Assembly: GCF_000143415.4 (NCBI RefSeq)
Contig: NW_003314340.1
Coordinates: 124,001-188,000 of the forward strand
Source of the DNA: Selaginella moellendorffii
Taxonomy: Eukaryota; Plantae; Lycopodiophyta
Direction of reading: 5' to 3'
Length of the DNA: 64,000 bases
Position numbers and translations under genes: made by a program. Positions 47,648 to 60,747 of this stretch are shown piece by piece (within the stretch, counting starts at the first letter, position 1; every line of letters starts with the position of its first letter). Under the pieces are notes generated by a model. It was not told the DNA's origin, searched no databases, and was given only the letters and a program-made list of their open reading frames with translations.

Positions 47648-49485
47648 CTATGCCGTAGAAACCAAAACTTTGCTTGTGCTGGATGGCGATGGCGGTAGCG
47701 AGCCTATCAACAGTGTTGATTCCTCGGCTGAAACTTCATAAGGGACTGGAGTGTCCAGCACAGAATCTGGAAGAACCGCCATTGTCTTCTCCAGCAGCTC
47801 GGAAAAACTCTGGAAATCTAGAACTCAGGACGAAGCGCAAAAAAGAGTGAAAGAGCATTGCTTGCCTTTGCGTGCCGGACATGCTCGTCAATCGCTTGCC
47901 TCCACCTTGACGATCCTTTCTCGCCATGGAATAAGTTGGCGACCGGCTGAAACCATTCTGGTGTCAATCGAATCGTTTTCTGGAGTGGTATAGTTACCTT
48001 CACTAAAACCCGGATTCCTGGCTTGTTGTTCCCGTACTTTCCAATGACTGACTCTGCGTACTCTTCATACTCGCGTAAAACCTGCACACTAAGACGAAGT
48101 TTTGCATCACTCCAAACGACGAAGAATTGCGAAGATAACTCCGATTGATGGAGATGAAAAGAAATATGCAATGAATTCTACCTGACGACGTGTGATTCGT
48201 CTCTCGGGCATTCCGTAAATACAACTATCCGCTCTAGCCAAGGTGCACCATGGTCTAAGAAAGCCAAAGATTAAATCAAGGATTGATCTAAGTTTCTCTC
48301 AAACTTACGTGTTATATGCCGCACGGCCAAGCATCACTCCGTTTACACCTTTATCACTTATGAGATAGTTCACCTAGAAACACACCTTAGAGCTTTCGTA
48401 AACATGGAGAAAACAGTGTAGTACCTGCTCAACCGTGGTAATGCCACCGTTTAACGTGAACTGAAGATCAGGAAAATCTCTCATCAACGCAAGAACATAC
48501 TCGTATCTGCGATGAAAGTCGTAAATCTTTGTTTGTGTTCGTCTGAACGAAGCATACTCACTTCAAGGGAGGAGCAACACGGTTCTGTGCTGGACTGAGG
48601 CCTTCCAGCAACGCTTTGCGAGCATGGATGATAAAATGTTGAGTTGGAGAAAGTGATGAAACTGTAGAGACGAAGTTACCTGCGGACACAAGGTCAAGCT
48701 AGGCAAAAGTTTCAAAGGACTTGTTACAAAGTTGGTCATATGAGTCTGAATCGTCGACGCCTATCCTACACTTAACAGTAACAGGAGCGGAACTTTCTTC
48801 CCCAATGGCTTGCATTGCTTCCCCGACTAGCTGAGAAAACGATCAAAACTGAAGCAAAAGAAAGAAAAAGGAATGAAAAAAGCCATACTCTTGGAGAAAG
48901 CATAAGACGAGCTCCAAAGCATCCATGGCCCGCTACTTTGCTGCTTGGACAACCGCAACTGCGAAGAACAACTCAAACACCGAAACAAGAGAAAAACAAG
49001 TAAAAAAACTTACTTAAAGTTGATCTCATCGTAGCCAAACGCGCTCACAAGCTTCGCAGCTTTGGATAGATTCGCGAGATTACTCCCACCGAGTTGTAAG
49101 ACAATTGGATGCTGTGCGGCAGGAAACTCAAGCCACCTCTCCTGTGGTCACACATTAGTTCTTTCATTCTAGAGCAAGAAATCCATTACCAAATCATTCT
49201 CGTGATGCACGATTGTCTCCGCAACAACCATCTCAGTGTAGAGCCACGAGCAGCGGCTTAGAATTCTAGCCAGCGCGCGGAAGTGATTGTCAGTCCATTC
49301 CATCATTGGCGCAACACTACACTGCGGCATTTCTTATAAGCGATCCAGAGGCTTCTCGATTCCAGAGGCTACACAACTAGAAATTACCTGAACCAAGGCG
49401 GAGGACGTGAATCCACAGAGCTGAGAGACGAAGACAGGCGCCATCTCTGATCGCGTCGTGGATGATGCGCCATTGCCCTCCACAT
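47648..49485 (-). CDS. dusA: tRNA-dihydrouridine synthase, DusA-like (multi-exon)
   Basis: PPWFSVAPMMEWTDNHFR, LYTEMVV, HPIVLQLGGS, NCGCPSSKVAGHGCFGARLML, HFIIHARKALL, NGGITT and GVMLGRAAY across short GT-AG introns. Start codon is approximate. Confidence 0.88.
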
Positions 49486-49860
49486 TGCCGCGCCAAATGC
49501 GTCGACGCCATAGCTCCCAACGAGAGCCATATTTTCAAATGCTAAGAACCCTAAACCCTTTTAATTTCCATACCCTAGGTAGCAAGCATTCCCTCGCTCG
49601 ATTCAATCGAAGGCGCTGCTCTTCAATCTTGGTACGCTCGATTTCGTCCTTGTTGCTGCGAATCCTACATTCTTTCTCGAGAATGTGCGCGTTAGAGATT
49701 GATTTTTGAAAGAATTATAGATGTTTCGCAAGGATTTCTTACTGGACTGCTCGTAGTGTTTATGTCTTTCGTATGTGCAGCGGCAGCAGCGAGCGTCAGG
49801 ATTTCACTGCGTTGCTTGGGGACGAAAGCGTGCCCTCCCGGCCAGATCGAGCAGCTGCCA

Positions 49861-51142
49861 ATGGCTCAGCTCAAAGAAATTGGCAAGAACAAAATGTTTG
49901 GGGGATTCAACCGGCGATTCCAGCATCCGAGTAGCTCTTGTGGCTGCGATATGAATTTCAGTGTCTACTTCCCTCCAGCAGCGGATCATGGCAAAGTTCC
50001 AGTAAGTTTAGCTATAGTTTGTTTTGTTCTTTTGTTCTTTCTCATTGGTGGAAAGTTCCAGTGAGTGTAGCTATAGTTTGTTCTGTTCTTTTCTTCTTTC
50101 TCTTGGTTGTAAGTTTCGACGTTTCCTTTGCTCAGGTTCTTTACTGGCTCTCGGGTCTTACGTGCACGGACGAGAACTTTATTCAGAAATCTGGAGCACA
50201 GCGTGTTGCTGCTGCTGAAGGAGTAGCAATTGTCTGTCCTGATACGTCCCCTCGTAAGTTTCTTTTTCTTTACACAGTATGGTATTGTTCCTGGGTTTGT
50301 AAATGATTTGGGAATGTATCAGGTGGCCTAGGAGTTGAAGGAGAATCTGATAGCTGGGACTTTGGTGTAGGCGAGTGCTTTTTGCTTCGCAAAAACAATT
50401 ACCTTGGTTTCTTTGGCTTTTTCTTTTTTTCTCAGGTGCCGGGTTTTATCTCAATGCAACTCAAGAAAAATGGAAAAAGTGGCGAATGTATGACTACTGC
50501 ACCAAGGAGCTTCCAGAACTCCTCCGCTCCAGTTTCGATCAGCTGGACACTAAGAATGCGTCAATCTTCGGGCATTCAATGGGTGGTCACGGGGCTTTAA
50601 CTATTTTTCTGAAGAACCCAGACAAGTACAAGGTGAGCTATAAGGTTCTTACTCTTACTCTGACTTTTTCTTTTTCCCTTTTAACAGTCTGTGTCTGCGT
50701 TCGCTCCGATTGCGAATCCTGTGAATTGTCCATGGGGACAGAAAGCTTTCTCTGGATATCTGGGAGATGACAAATCGTTGTGGGAAGTAAGTCTTGGACG
50801 CTTTCCATCATTTTTAATCCTCTTGTAACCAATCTGCTTACAGGAGTATGATGCCTCTCTACTTTCACGTAAGTACAAGGGCCATCCTACAAAAATCTTG
50901 ATCGACCAGGTAATCCTTATTCTATTTTCGCGGCTCTTGTTCCCTTAGCTGGAGTGATTGATGTACAGGGCGATGATGACAAGTTTTACAAAGAAAAGCA
51001 GCTCCTGCCACAAAATATTGTGGAATCTGAGCTTTTGCGAGTGGAGCTCCATTTGAGAAGCGGGTACGATCACTCATATTTCTTCATTGCCTCTTTCGTG
51101 GAGGACCACATCAAGATGCATGCCAGAGCACTGAAGTCTTAA
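49861..51142 (+). CDS. SFGH: S-formylglutathione hydrolase (esterase D), multi-exon
   Basis: [41 protein letters not shown] nucleophile elbow, [12 protein letters not shown]. Confidence 0.95.
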
Positions 51143-51205
51143 TGCTTGAGTGTCGTGGGTTTGGAACCTTATATATTCAAGGGAAAAGTGGTTCTTTGCT
51201 TCTCT

Positions 51206-52943
51206 ATGGGTACTGAAAAGCTAGTTGTAGTTGTAGGCGCAGGATTGGCAGGTCTGGCGGCCGCTCGGGAAGTGCAATCGCATGGAGTAAGAGTGCTGGT
51301 TTTGGAAGCGTCGGGTGTTCTGGGCGGAAGGATCAAGCAGCTCAATGGGCTCGTGCCGTGGCTGGTTGAGGTACTTTCTTTTCGTTTTGGCTCTCCGGCT
51401 AAAACCAACCATTTTGTCTGGTGTGTAGCTTGGGCCCGAGTTTCTTCACGGAAAGCAAAACTCGTCCATCGCTCAGATAGCCAACGAGATGGGCTGCACA
51501 ATGACAGAGCTCCCCTATCATATCCTTGTCTCGTTTTCCTTGTTTTTGCCTATGTTTGCCTTGACAACTTGTCACCCGATTTTTATTATGTTGGCAGTGA
51601 GAGCAGGCTCCTAACATCCGAGGAGGCAGAGGACCATTCTGAGATTCAGACTGTGCATGGCATATTTGCAGCACTCGCGGAAGAAACGCATCCATCGCCA
51701 GACATATGCATGGATGAGTTTTTGCGGAGGAATAAAGTGAGCGACACTGTCGTTCAGCTCGCGGAGTGTAAGTGGCGTCCTCGTTTCTTCGGCCTTTTTT
51801 TTTTGCTTTTCACCAGATAGCTTGTGCTTGCAGCTATTTATGCGAACGATTTTGGCTGTTCGCTGTATCAGCTCGGTGTTGGCGAGTGCATTGAGGAGGC
51901 ACGGCAGTGGATTTACGGTGACACTTACATGCTCCTGGACAGGCCTCTTTCTTCGATCGTGGACCATCTCTCCAAAGGATTAAATGCAGGTGTGGAGTTC
52001 TTCCCACGAATCAAAACTAAGTTTGTTGCGCTGTTCAGGTGCTGACAAGCCATCCGGTTGAAGACATCACGTATTCTCCAACTGGTGAACTCGAAGTGAA
52101 ATGTAGAGGAGGTGCTAAATTTCAAGCGCACTATACAATCGTGACCGTGCCAGTGGTAAGCTGAGCTTGTCGAGGCAATTTAGCTGCTAAAGCTTTTGTT
52201 TCTTCCAGAAAATCCTGGAGGACGAGTCTATTCGATTCAATCCACCGCTTCCAAAGACTAAAGTGGACGCAGCGTCCACCATAGGAATGTCAAGCGCTGT
52301 CAAGGTACCAGCTAAGTTGATCGTCTACAAAATCTTCCTTTTTTTTCTCCAGATTCTTCTTGCTTTCTCGCAAAGATTTTGGCCAGAGGAAATGTTTGAC
52401 GTCGTCTGCACCGATTGCTTCGTGCCAGAGTTCTGGGCGACACAGTATCCCTGCAAATCCAGCCCCGACGAAGAAGCTCTCGGCAGTGTGCTGCTGGTCG
52501 GATTCATCGCAGGGGAAACAGCACGCCAGATTTCCAAGCTCTCACACAGCGAGATCTTCTCGAGAGCACTCTCTCAACTGGACGAGATCTTCGCGAAGAT
52601 AAAACCAACCAAGAACGCAAAGCTCTCGATCGAAACTTTCCAAGTGTCTGGCGGATTCTACACTCGAGCAGCAGCGAAACCTTTCGATCCGGAGCTCCAG
52701 CCAGCGTCATTCTACTTCGCGGCAGCGTCTCTGGTGGATTGGTCGCGCGAGGAATTCGTCCGTGGAGGATACTCGCATCCTTCTCTCAACGCTCGAGGTG
52801 CTCGCGAAGAACTCGCCAAGCCAGTCCATGGAAGGCTCTTCTTCGCGGGCGAGGCTACTCATCCTGGAGTGAATCCTTGCATGCAAGCAGCCATCGACTC
52901 TGGAATTCGCGCAGCTCGCGAAGTTCTTGGCTGTGTGATTTAG
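51206..52943 (+). CDS. Flavin-containing amine oxidase family protein (multi-exon)
   Basis: VVVVGAGLAGLAAAR..VLEA..GGRI, ELGPEFLHG across an intron, W..EEFVRGGYS, LFFAGEAT..AIDSGIRAA. Confidence 0.88.
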
Positions 52944-53014
52944 AGAATCGTTTTGGAATCTCTTCAAGCTATGTTAATTTCCCTCCAATAAATCAAGCAA
53001 TCAGGGTTTTGGCT

Positions 53015-54472
53015 ATGGCGACGAGTCTCTTGGCTCACAAGAGTGGCGTCTTCTTTGGCAGCGCGAGCGCGCTCTGCGATTTCCAGGCGCGACCGGCATT
53101 GCGATCGTCCAGGCGCGACACCGTTCGCGCGTCGTCCAGGTCCGCGGGAGGAGAATGCCGGGATTTTGCGCTCCGGGATGTCTTTGCGAAGCGCGCATTC
53201 AAGGTATTCGTCTGGATCGATGGCGATGGGAGAGGGTTTGATGGTGGGATTTTCTTGCAGGTGATTGCTGGGCTCAACAATTTCGATCGAGAGAATGTGG
53301 CTGATGTGGTTGTCGCCGCCGAGAAGGTGGGCAACATAGCGATTCCTTCGCCAAAAATCTCTTGATTTTCTTTGGTTTTGCCAAGGGTGGCGCGACGCAT
53401 GTAGATATCGCTTGTGATCCACAGCTCGTCGAGCTTGCGCTTGGCTTAACTTCATTGCCGGTAAGAAATTCCACTCTTCTTATTCTTCCCGTTTTGTTCA
53501 TAGATGGTAGGGTTAAATTCCATTCCTTTCATTCTTCTCTCTTTCTTTTGTGTTCTTCTCTTTTCTTTGAGAATGACTCACATACATTTTAGATATGTGT
53601 CTCTGCCGTGGATCCAGAGGCATTTGTGGCGGCTGTGGATGCCGGAGCACACATGGTTCGTCATCTCATCTCTTAGAAAACAAAGCAAAGAGTTCTTGGC
53701 ATTGATTCGTGTTCTTTTCCAGATCGAAATTGGAAACTTCGACTCGTTTTACGACAGTGGCAGAGTTTTTTCTTCCAAGGAGGTGAAACTTTTAGTCTCT
53801 TCTCCACGCTCGCTACTTACTACTTGCTGGATTCACGCAGGTCTTAGAGCTCACTAGAAGAACTAGGGAACTTTTGCCACACATCACTCTTTCAGTGACG
53901 GTGCCACATACTTTGCCACTCGATGAGCAGGAAAGATTTCCTTTTTTTTTTATTCATAAGCTGTCTTACACATTGCTGTTGGTCTCTCTTCCAGGTCCAG
54001 CTCGCCGAGGCTTTAGAGGAAGAGGGTGCCGATATCATCCAAACAGAGGGTGGAACAGCTTCTACTCCTTCAAAGCCTGGGATCACAGGTCTCATTGAAA
54101 AGGTAGAGTCGTCTTGTGGATATCTTCTTTCCCAGCTTACAAATTTCAATTTAAAACAGGCAACTCCCACACTAGCAGCTGCGTATTCCATCTCCAGAGC
54201 TATTACGCTTCCAGTTCTCTGTGCCTCTGGATTGAGTGCAGTGACAGCTCCAATGGCGATCACTGCTGGCGCTTCTGGAGTGGTAAATTTACCATCAAGC
54301 GTTTCTTCTTCGTTTTTAACGTTTGCACCATTTCTTCCAGGGCATTGGCTCAGCTGTGAACAAACTGAACAGCCAACTTGCAATGGTGGCGACTGTTCGC
54401 AGCATTGCGGATGCAATGGGACTAGAACCATCCACTGAAAAGATTCCAGAGAGAGCTCGAGACAAAGCTTGA
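53015..54472 (+). CDS. ycf23: Ycf23/DUF561 family protein with putative plastid transit peptide (multi-exon)
   Basis: KVIAGLNNFD, GGATHVDIACDP, IEIGNFDSFY, LSVTVPHTLPLDEQ, GADIIQTEGG, GIGSAVNKLN; Ser/Ala/Arg-rich N-terminus. Confidence 0.88.
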
Positions 54473-54684
54473 TTAGTTCTTCAACGATCAAAGCCAAACG
54501 ATCACAGTCATAAGCAAGAACAAAGAAAAACTCCGTCACCCTCGTCGCCGCGCCCTTGTCCCGTGCGTACTACTCTCGTTGGTATCAAAATGTATATAAA
54601 TTATGAAGGAGTTCCCGGGTAGGGCGAGCATGTTCCCGCCCAGAACAGGCGAGCCTGTGCCTGTGGAATGGCCTTAACTGGCTG

Positions 54685-55063
54685 TGGTGAGACCGTTAAT
54701 GGACATGTGGAAGAATGTTGATGGAAGAATGTGGAGGATGAGAGGGTTCTCTAGAATTGGCAGTTGATAACTTGGTTTTCCAGAACCTAGCAGCTGAGGT
54801 TCTAGTTGTTAGCCACGTTTTTGCAGATAACCTGATTTGATCTGACAGCTGCTAATGGTTGGATCAAGTTAACAAGCAAACTATTGGCAGCCATCAGATC
54901 AAGTCAGATTCTCTGTAAGAACGTGGCTTGACAACTGCCAAGTTGTTTAGAACCTAGTTGCCAGCGGCCAGGTTCTGGAGACCCAGGCTACCAACTGCCA
55001 ATTTTGGAGAACCCTCTCATCCTTGAATAACATTCTTCCATGTGTCCATTAACAGTCTTGCCA
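54685..55063. repeat. ~380-bp imperfect fold-back (MITE-like hairpin)
   Basis: Arms pair along their length: GTTAATGGACA..GGAAGAATG with CATTCTTCC..TGTCCATTAAC, GGATGAGAGGGTTCTC with GAGAACCCTCTCATCC, AGCCACGTT with AACGTGGCT, and TTGATCTGA with TCAGATCAA. Confidence 0.85.
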
Positions 55064-55315
55064 TGATTTGTTCTAAAATATTTCATTTTCGGAGCAGTTG
55101 CAGACCTCATTAATATTTTCGCAGACTTTCAAACAGCTTGCCTACACTTGAAGTCTCACCCTGTTTGATTTTCTTGGGAGAGAATCAACACTCACCACTG
55201 ATCCCATTTGCATTTTTGCACATCCATCAGTCTCATGCTAGCGTGGGCACCACAATACTCTCTAACACAACATATAGATAGATAGATAGATAGATATCTC
55301 AAGAACACAGCTAGA

Positions 55316-57244
55316 ATGGAGGCGCTGATCAATGAGTTTGAGGACATGTGTAGAAATGCAGCCGCTGTTCAGGAGGAGGTCTTGGGGACCATTGTTGAGC
55401 ACAATGCTTCTTGCGAGTTCCTCCAGAGCTACAATGTGACCGACGTAGATTCATTCAAAGCTCATGTCCCCGTTGTGGGCTATGAAGACATTGCTGCGAA
55501 GATCCAGCGCATGGCAGATGGAGATCCATCCTCCATTCTGTGCAAAGACCCCGTCCTTGCGTTCATCTCGAGGTTTGATAGCCATATTTGTTTGCTTAGC
55601 TCCAATACAACATATGTTTTCTGTAGCTCCGGAACAACCACTGAGAAGCGCAAGGCTTTTCCGCTTACAACAAAGTCCTGTGATGTGAAAAAACATGCAC
55701 TGCACAAGATTGGAGCGGCTTATTTAGAGAGGTATATCAAGCCAAGCGAACAAAATTTTATAATCGGCTTAACCTCTGATGATTTGCTCTTGTGTGTTTG
55801 AGCAGGGATTTTCCAGTTGGTTCCTTTCCAACAGCCTTGGCTTTCATGTATGCTCACCCTTGCGAGACACTCTCCAAATCAGGGATCCCGATCATGCCCG
55901 TTTCTAACTTCACTTTCACAAGCCAGGCTTACAAAGAGAGGCCGAGCAGGAGCACGAGTCCAGACGAGGTTATCTGGGGTCCTTGGTGGGAGTCAACGTA
56001 CTGTCACTTGCTCTGTGGGCTCATTCAACGCATGGAAGTGGATTATATTACCTCTTTCTTTGCTTACACCCTTGTCCAGGCGCTCAACATGCTGGAGGCT
56101 GAATGGAGAAGCCTCTGTCATGACATAAGAACTGGAAAACTGGATGAGAGAGTCAAAGACGTCAAACTGAGGGCAGCTGTTGCAGGGGTGCTGCATGAAG
56201 ATCCAGATTCAGCTGGCTTCATAGAGGAGGTCTGCAGCAGCAAGGAGTCATGGGATCAAGGGATAGTTCCACAATTTTAGCCCAAAGCTAAATACTTATG
56301 GACTGTGGTAACAGGTGGGAAGAGTCTAGTTTTTTGCTTTCCTTTGTGATGTGTGTGGTTCTGCACCTATAGGTGGTATGAAGCCGTACGTTCCTCCTCT
56401 ACGGAGGTATGCAGGAGGTGTGCATATTATAGGAAGGGCGTACATGGGTTCCGAAGGAGTATACGGAATAAACATGGATCCCGCTACTGAACCCGAGAAC
56501 GTTGTCTTCACACTTGTCCCTACGACATTATACATGGAGTTTCTTCGGCTCAGGGACAACAAGCTGGTGGACTCGAGTAACTTAGAAATCGGTGAGCAGT
56601 ACGAGCTAGTTATTACCACATATTCAGGTGAGCAGTCGATCTTGTTTCATTTCTCATTCACTGGCATGGGCTTTACAGGTTTGTATCGGTACAAAGTGGG
56701 GGATGTGGTCAAAGTCGTTTCTTTCTTTCACCAGAGCCCACAAATGGCCTTTGAATATCGTACCAGTGCGCTGCTAAGCGTAAACCTGGACGTAGCCAGT
56801 GAACAAGAGCTCCAGAACGTGGTAAGAAGAACATGCAACGAAGCAAACCTGGAAATCGTGGATTTCACAAGTCACTCAAACGTGACGGAGCCGCCTGGCT
56901 ACTATGTCATCTACTGGGAGCTGAAAAACAAGCCAGATTACTCCAATCATGCGCTTCTAAACAGGTGTTGTGATGTTCTGGATCGCTCCTTCACTTCTTC
57001 CACATACATCATGGGGAGAAGGAGTGGCACAATCGGACCCCTCAAGCTTGTGATCCTGGAAAGAGGCAGCTTTGGCAGGATTATGGAGTATGCAGTGAGC
57101 AATGGCTCTGCACCTGGACAGTACAAAACTCCAAGGTGCATCAAGAGCCCAAAAGTGCTGAAGATTTTGGAAGAGGGGATTGTGAGCACTTATAGGAGCT
57201 CCAAATATCCATCTTACTATAACTTAATACAATATATCAATTGA
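55316..57244 (+). pseudogene. GH3: GH3 acyl-acid amido synthetase with an in-frame stop
   Basis: SSGTT, YMGSEG, GLYRYKVGDVV, GQYKTPRC. TAG at 56278-56280 falls within an exon at the conserved Trp (QF*PKAKY). (GATA)n lies in the 5' UTR. Confidence 0.85.
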
Positions 57245-57576
57245 AGATATTGATCAATCTTCCACAATGGTTAAATTCTCAAGGTTCTGTTGAAAGCAAT
57301 AATAATATAAAATCCCCCGAATTTGGTCAAAACGGAATTACATTTAAAGTTTTTGCTTTTCTCAGCTAAGAAAATGAATATTGCATTTTAACAAAACTAT
57401 AAACAATATGTAGAATATTCGATAATCTTGAGTTGTCTAGAAACCATGATGTTCCACCAAGGTAACGTGTTTGATTTGGCTTCCACTTCTTCAGAGTTTA
57501 TAACAATTTCCAGACTTGCAATCCATCTTCCTGCCACCTTTATAAATCGGAGTTAATCCTCCCCATAGAACGAGCA

Positions 57577-58809
57577 ATGGATCTCCGACTCCAAGCACTG
57601 CTTGCGCTGCTACTCATCGTCGCGGCCTCCGCCGAAGATTGTGGCCGTCAGGCCGGGGGAAGAACTTGCCCACCCGGAAATTGCTGCAGCAAATGGGGGT
57701 GGTGTGGAGTCACCCCGGATCACTGCGGCGATGGCTGCCAGAGCCAGTGTGGCGGATCAACCCCCCCGGCTCCTCCAAGCGGTGATGGCATTGGGTCGAT
57801 CATCACGTCCTCGATCTTCGAGGACCTGCTCAAGCACCGCAGGGATTCCGGCTGCGCTGGCGGCTTCTACACTTACACCGCCTTCATCACCGCCGCGAGG
57901 TCCTTCCCGAGCTTTGGAAACGAGGGATCGCTGGAGGAGAGGAAGCGAGAGCTGGCCGCGTTCTTGGCACAGACATCCAAGGAGACCACGGGTAAGTAAG
58001 AATGATCGAGAGATCGATCATGCCACCACTCTGTTGGCTTCCAGAGCTTTGAGTTCTCGAATTTCTTGGAATTCCAGGGGGATGGGCGACTGCTCCAGAT
58101 GGGCCATATCGCTGGGGCTATTGCTTCGTCGAGGAGAGGAACAAGGACACTTACTGTCAAGCATCGCAGCAATGGCCCTGCAATGGGGGCAAGAGATACT
58201 TTGGTCGAGGACCCATCCAGCTGACATGGTAGTACCAAAATCTCTGTTCTTGCTTTTCTTTTCTTGCGTTCTCGTGTGGAGTTTCAAGCGAATTTCTCTT
58301 GGTTGGAGAGTTTGACCTTGATATGACAATGTTCTTGCGCTTGGATAGAGCTACTCATCTGTAGATTGTCATTTCTTGGCAGTGCCACTTACAAATCTTC
58401 TCTTTGTGGCAGGAATTTCAACTATGGGCTGGCCGGATCACGGCTTGGCTTCGATGGGATCAACGATCCAGACATTGTTTCGAGAGATCCGGTGGTTTCC
58501 TTCAAGACGGCGATCTGGTTCTGGATGACTGCGCAGAACCCCAAGCCTTCGTGTCACGACGTCATTCTCGGGAAGTGGAGGCCATCTGGCGCGGACTTGG
58601 CCGCCGGGAGAACCGCGAGCTACGGGACGGTGACCAACATCATCAACGGCGGACTTGAGTGTGGGAAAGGCGAGGATGACCGTGTCAAGGATCGCATTGG
58701 CTTCTTCCGGAGCTACTGCCAGGTCTTGGGGATCAATCCAGGATCAAACCTTGACTGCTACAACCAGCGGCCTTTCACACAGCTGCTGATGGAGAAAGCA
58801 AGCCAGTGA
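57577..58809 (+). CDS. Class I chitinase (CBM18 + GH19); exons 57577-57991, 58078-58228, 58413-58809
   Basis: Signal peptide, CCSKWGWCG hevein domain, [41 protein letters not shown], short C-terminal extension; TATAAA at ~57541. Confidence 0.95.
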
Positions 58810-59281
58810 TCAAATCTAGAGGAATAAGAACTTGCAAAGCTTGCAAAGAATAAGCACTTAGCTCTCAAGATGGAAACTGGAAAAACTTACTCGAAATGTG
58901 CTCATTCATCTCGCCCTTTCAGCTCTCGAAATCTTCTCTAAAGCCCGCGAAGATTTGCTTTGCTGCTCGTCAACCCTGCGAAATACAAAGAAACAACGCA
59001 TTAGAGAGACGATAGAGGTAGTGATCGATCGATGGTTTTTCCAATCACTGTACGAAATGAAATGAGACAGTAAAACTCGTGCACAGGTAAAGGTTAATGC
59101 ATAGAAGGAGAAAGACAACACTCTACCTGGAAGCTATCCACAGTGCTCCTATAATCCACAATGCTCCACACGGGCAAAATCTTGTGCTCCATCGACGCAT
59201 ATTTGCGAAATTTTCTCTGGAAAGAGAGCGAGGAACAAGGATTAAATCCAGAGGAAAACCTCGCAGCTAGTACCTGGAGCT

Positions 59282-59940
59282 TTAGACCCACCAACGGTCT
59301 AGATCTGCCCAGCCCGCAGGATCCGACGCCCGAAATTCAATCTCCCGGCTCAGCCGCTCCGCGCGCTCGCTGTCGTCGTGGATCTGGCAAGCTCCAAACA
59401 CCGCCGTGAGCGCCACCCTGTTCTTCCCCAGCGGCATGGATCTCGCCAGCTTCTCCGCCTCCTCCAGCCACCCAGCTCGGCCCAGGAGATCCACCAAAGC
59501 AATCCAGATGCTGGACAGAGCTCTCAATCCCGTGATCGCCCACCATAGCCAGAAAGTAGCGCCGGCCTTCCTCCACCATCCCAGAGTGGCTGCAAGCGAA
59601 GAGGATGGTGATGAAAGTCACGTCGTCCGGTTTGATCCCTTCCAAGTCCATCCGCTGGTAGAGCTCGAGAGCTCGCTGGCTGAGCGAAAGCCGAGATGAT
59701 AGCAGTCCAGGAGATGAGCGTCGCCGCTGCCATCCTTCCAAAAACGCTGCTTGCCTCCAGGCTCCCGGACTGGCCGTAGAAAGTTATCAGCGCGTTGGAC
59801 ACCGAGGTGCTCGCTTCCAGTCCCTCCTCAATAATCCTGGAGTGGATCATCCTCCCTCTGGCCAGGGAGTTTTGATCCATGCACACCGCCACCAGCCGCA
59901 TGAACGTTGTCTCGTCGCCTCTCACTCCTTCCAGCTCCAT
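59282..59940 (-). pseudogene. PLS/E-type PPR protein fragment, frameshifted and 5'-truncated
   Basis: SWTAIISAFAQ, PDDVTFITILFACSHSGMVEEGRRYF and LVDLLGRAGWLEEAE..GACQIH are spread over different frames. Confidence 0.85.
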
Positions 59941-59942
59941 CT

Positions 59943-60398
59943 TTTCAGTGACGGTGCCACATACTTTGCCACTCGATGAGCAGGAAAGATTTCCTTTTGT
60001 CTTTTATACATTCATAAGCTGTCTTACACATTGCTGTTGGTCTCTCTTCCAGGTCCAGCTTGCCGAGGCTTTGGAGGAAGAGGATGCCGGCAGTGACAGC
60101 TCCAATGGCGATCACTGCTGGCGCTTCTGGAGTTGTATACTTAACATCAAGCGTTTCTTCTTCTTCGTTTTTAACGTTTACACCATTTCTTCCAGGGCAT
60201 TGGCTCGGCTGTGAACAAACTAAACAGCCAACTTGCAATGGTGGCGACTGTTCGCAGCATTGCGGATGCAATGGGACTAGAACCATCCACTGAAAAGATT
60301 CCAGAGAGAGCTCGAGACAAAGCTTGATTAGTTCTTCGACGATCAAAGCCAAACGAATCACAGTCACAAGCAAGAACAAAGAAAAACTCCGTCACCCT
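59943..60398 (+). pseudogene. ycf23: Partial duplicate of the ycf23 3' region with an internal ~200-bp deletion
   Basis: Near-identical to 53890-54540 but lacks ~54031-54237. Confidence 0.9.
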
Positions 60399-60747
60399 TC
60401 TTGCCGCTTCCTTGTATCATAATTAAATATTATTTTGTAAAAAAAGTGAAGAAAGTAATTATTATAATTGATTTGTTCTGAAATATTTCATTTTCGCCTT
60501 GAGAGGAGCGGTCGCCGACCTCACTAATATTTTGGCGGACTTTTGAACAGTATCACGTGGATCTTGCCTACACTTGAAGTCTGTCACGCTGTTTGATTTT
60601 CTTGGGAGAGGAGAATCAACACGCCAACACTGATCCCATTTGCATTTTTGCATATCCATCAGTCTCATGCTAGCGTGGGCACCACAATAAGAACACAACA
60701 TATAGATAGATAGATAGATAGATAGATATCTCAAGAACACAGCTAGA

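Noticed and set aside
52415-53365. 316-aa ORF spanning the amine oxidase end and ycf23 start
   Set aside because: Off-frame read of the oxidase running into the true ycf23 first exon (ATG 53015).
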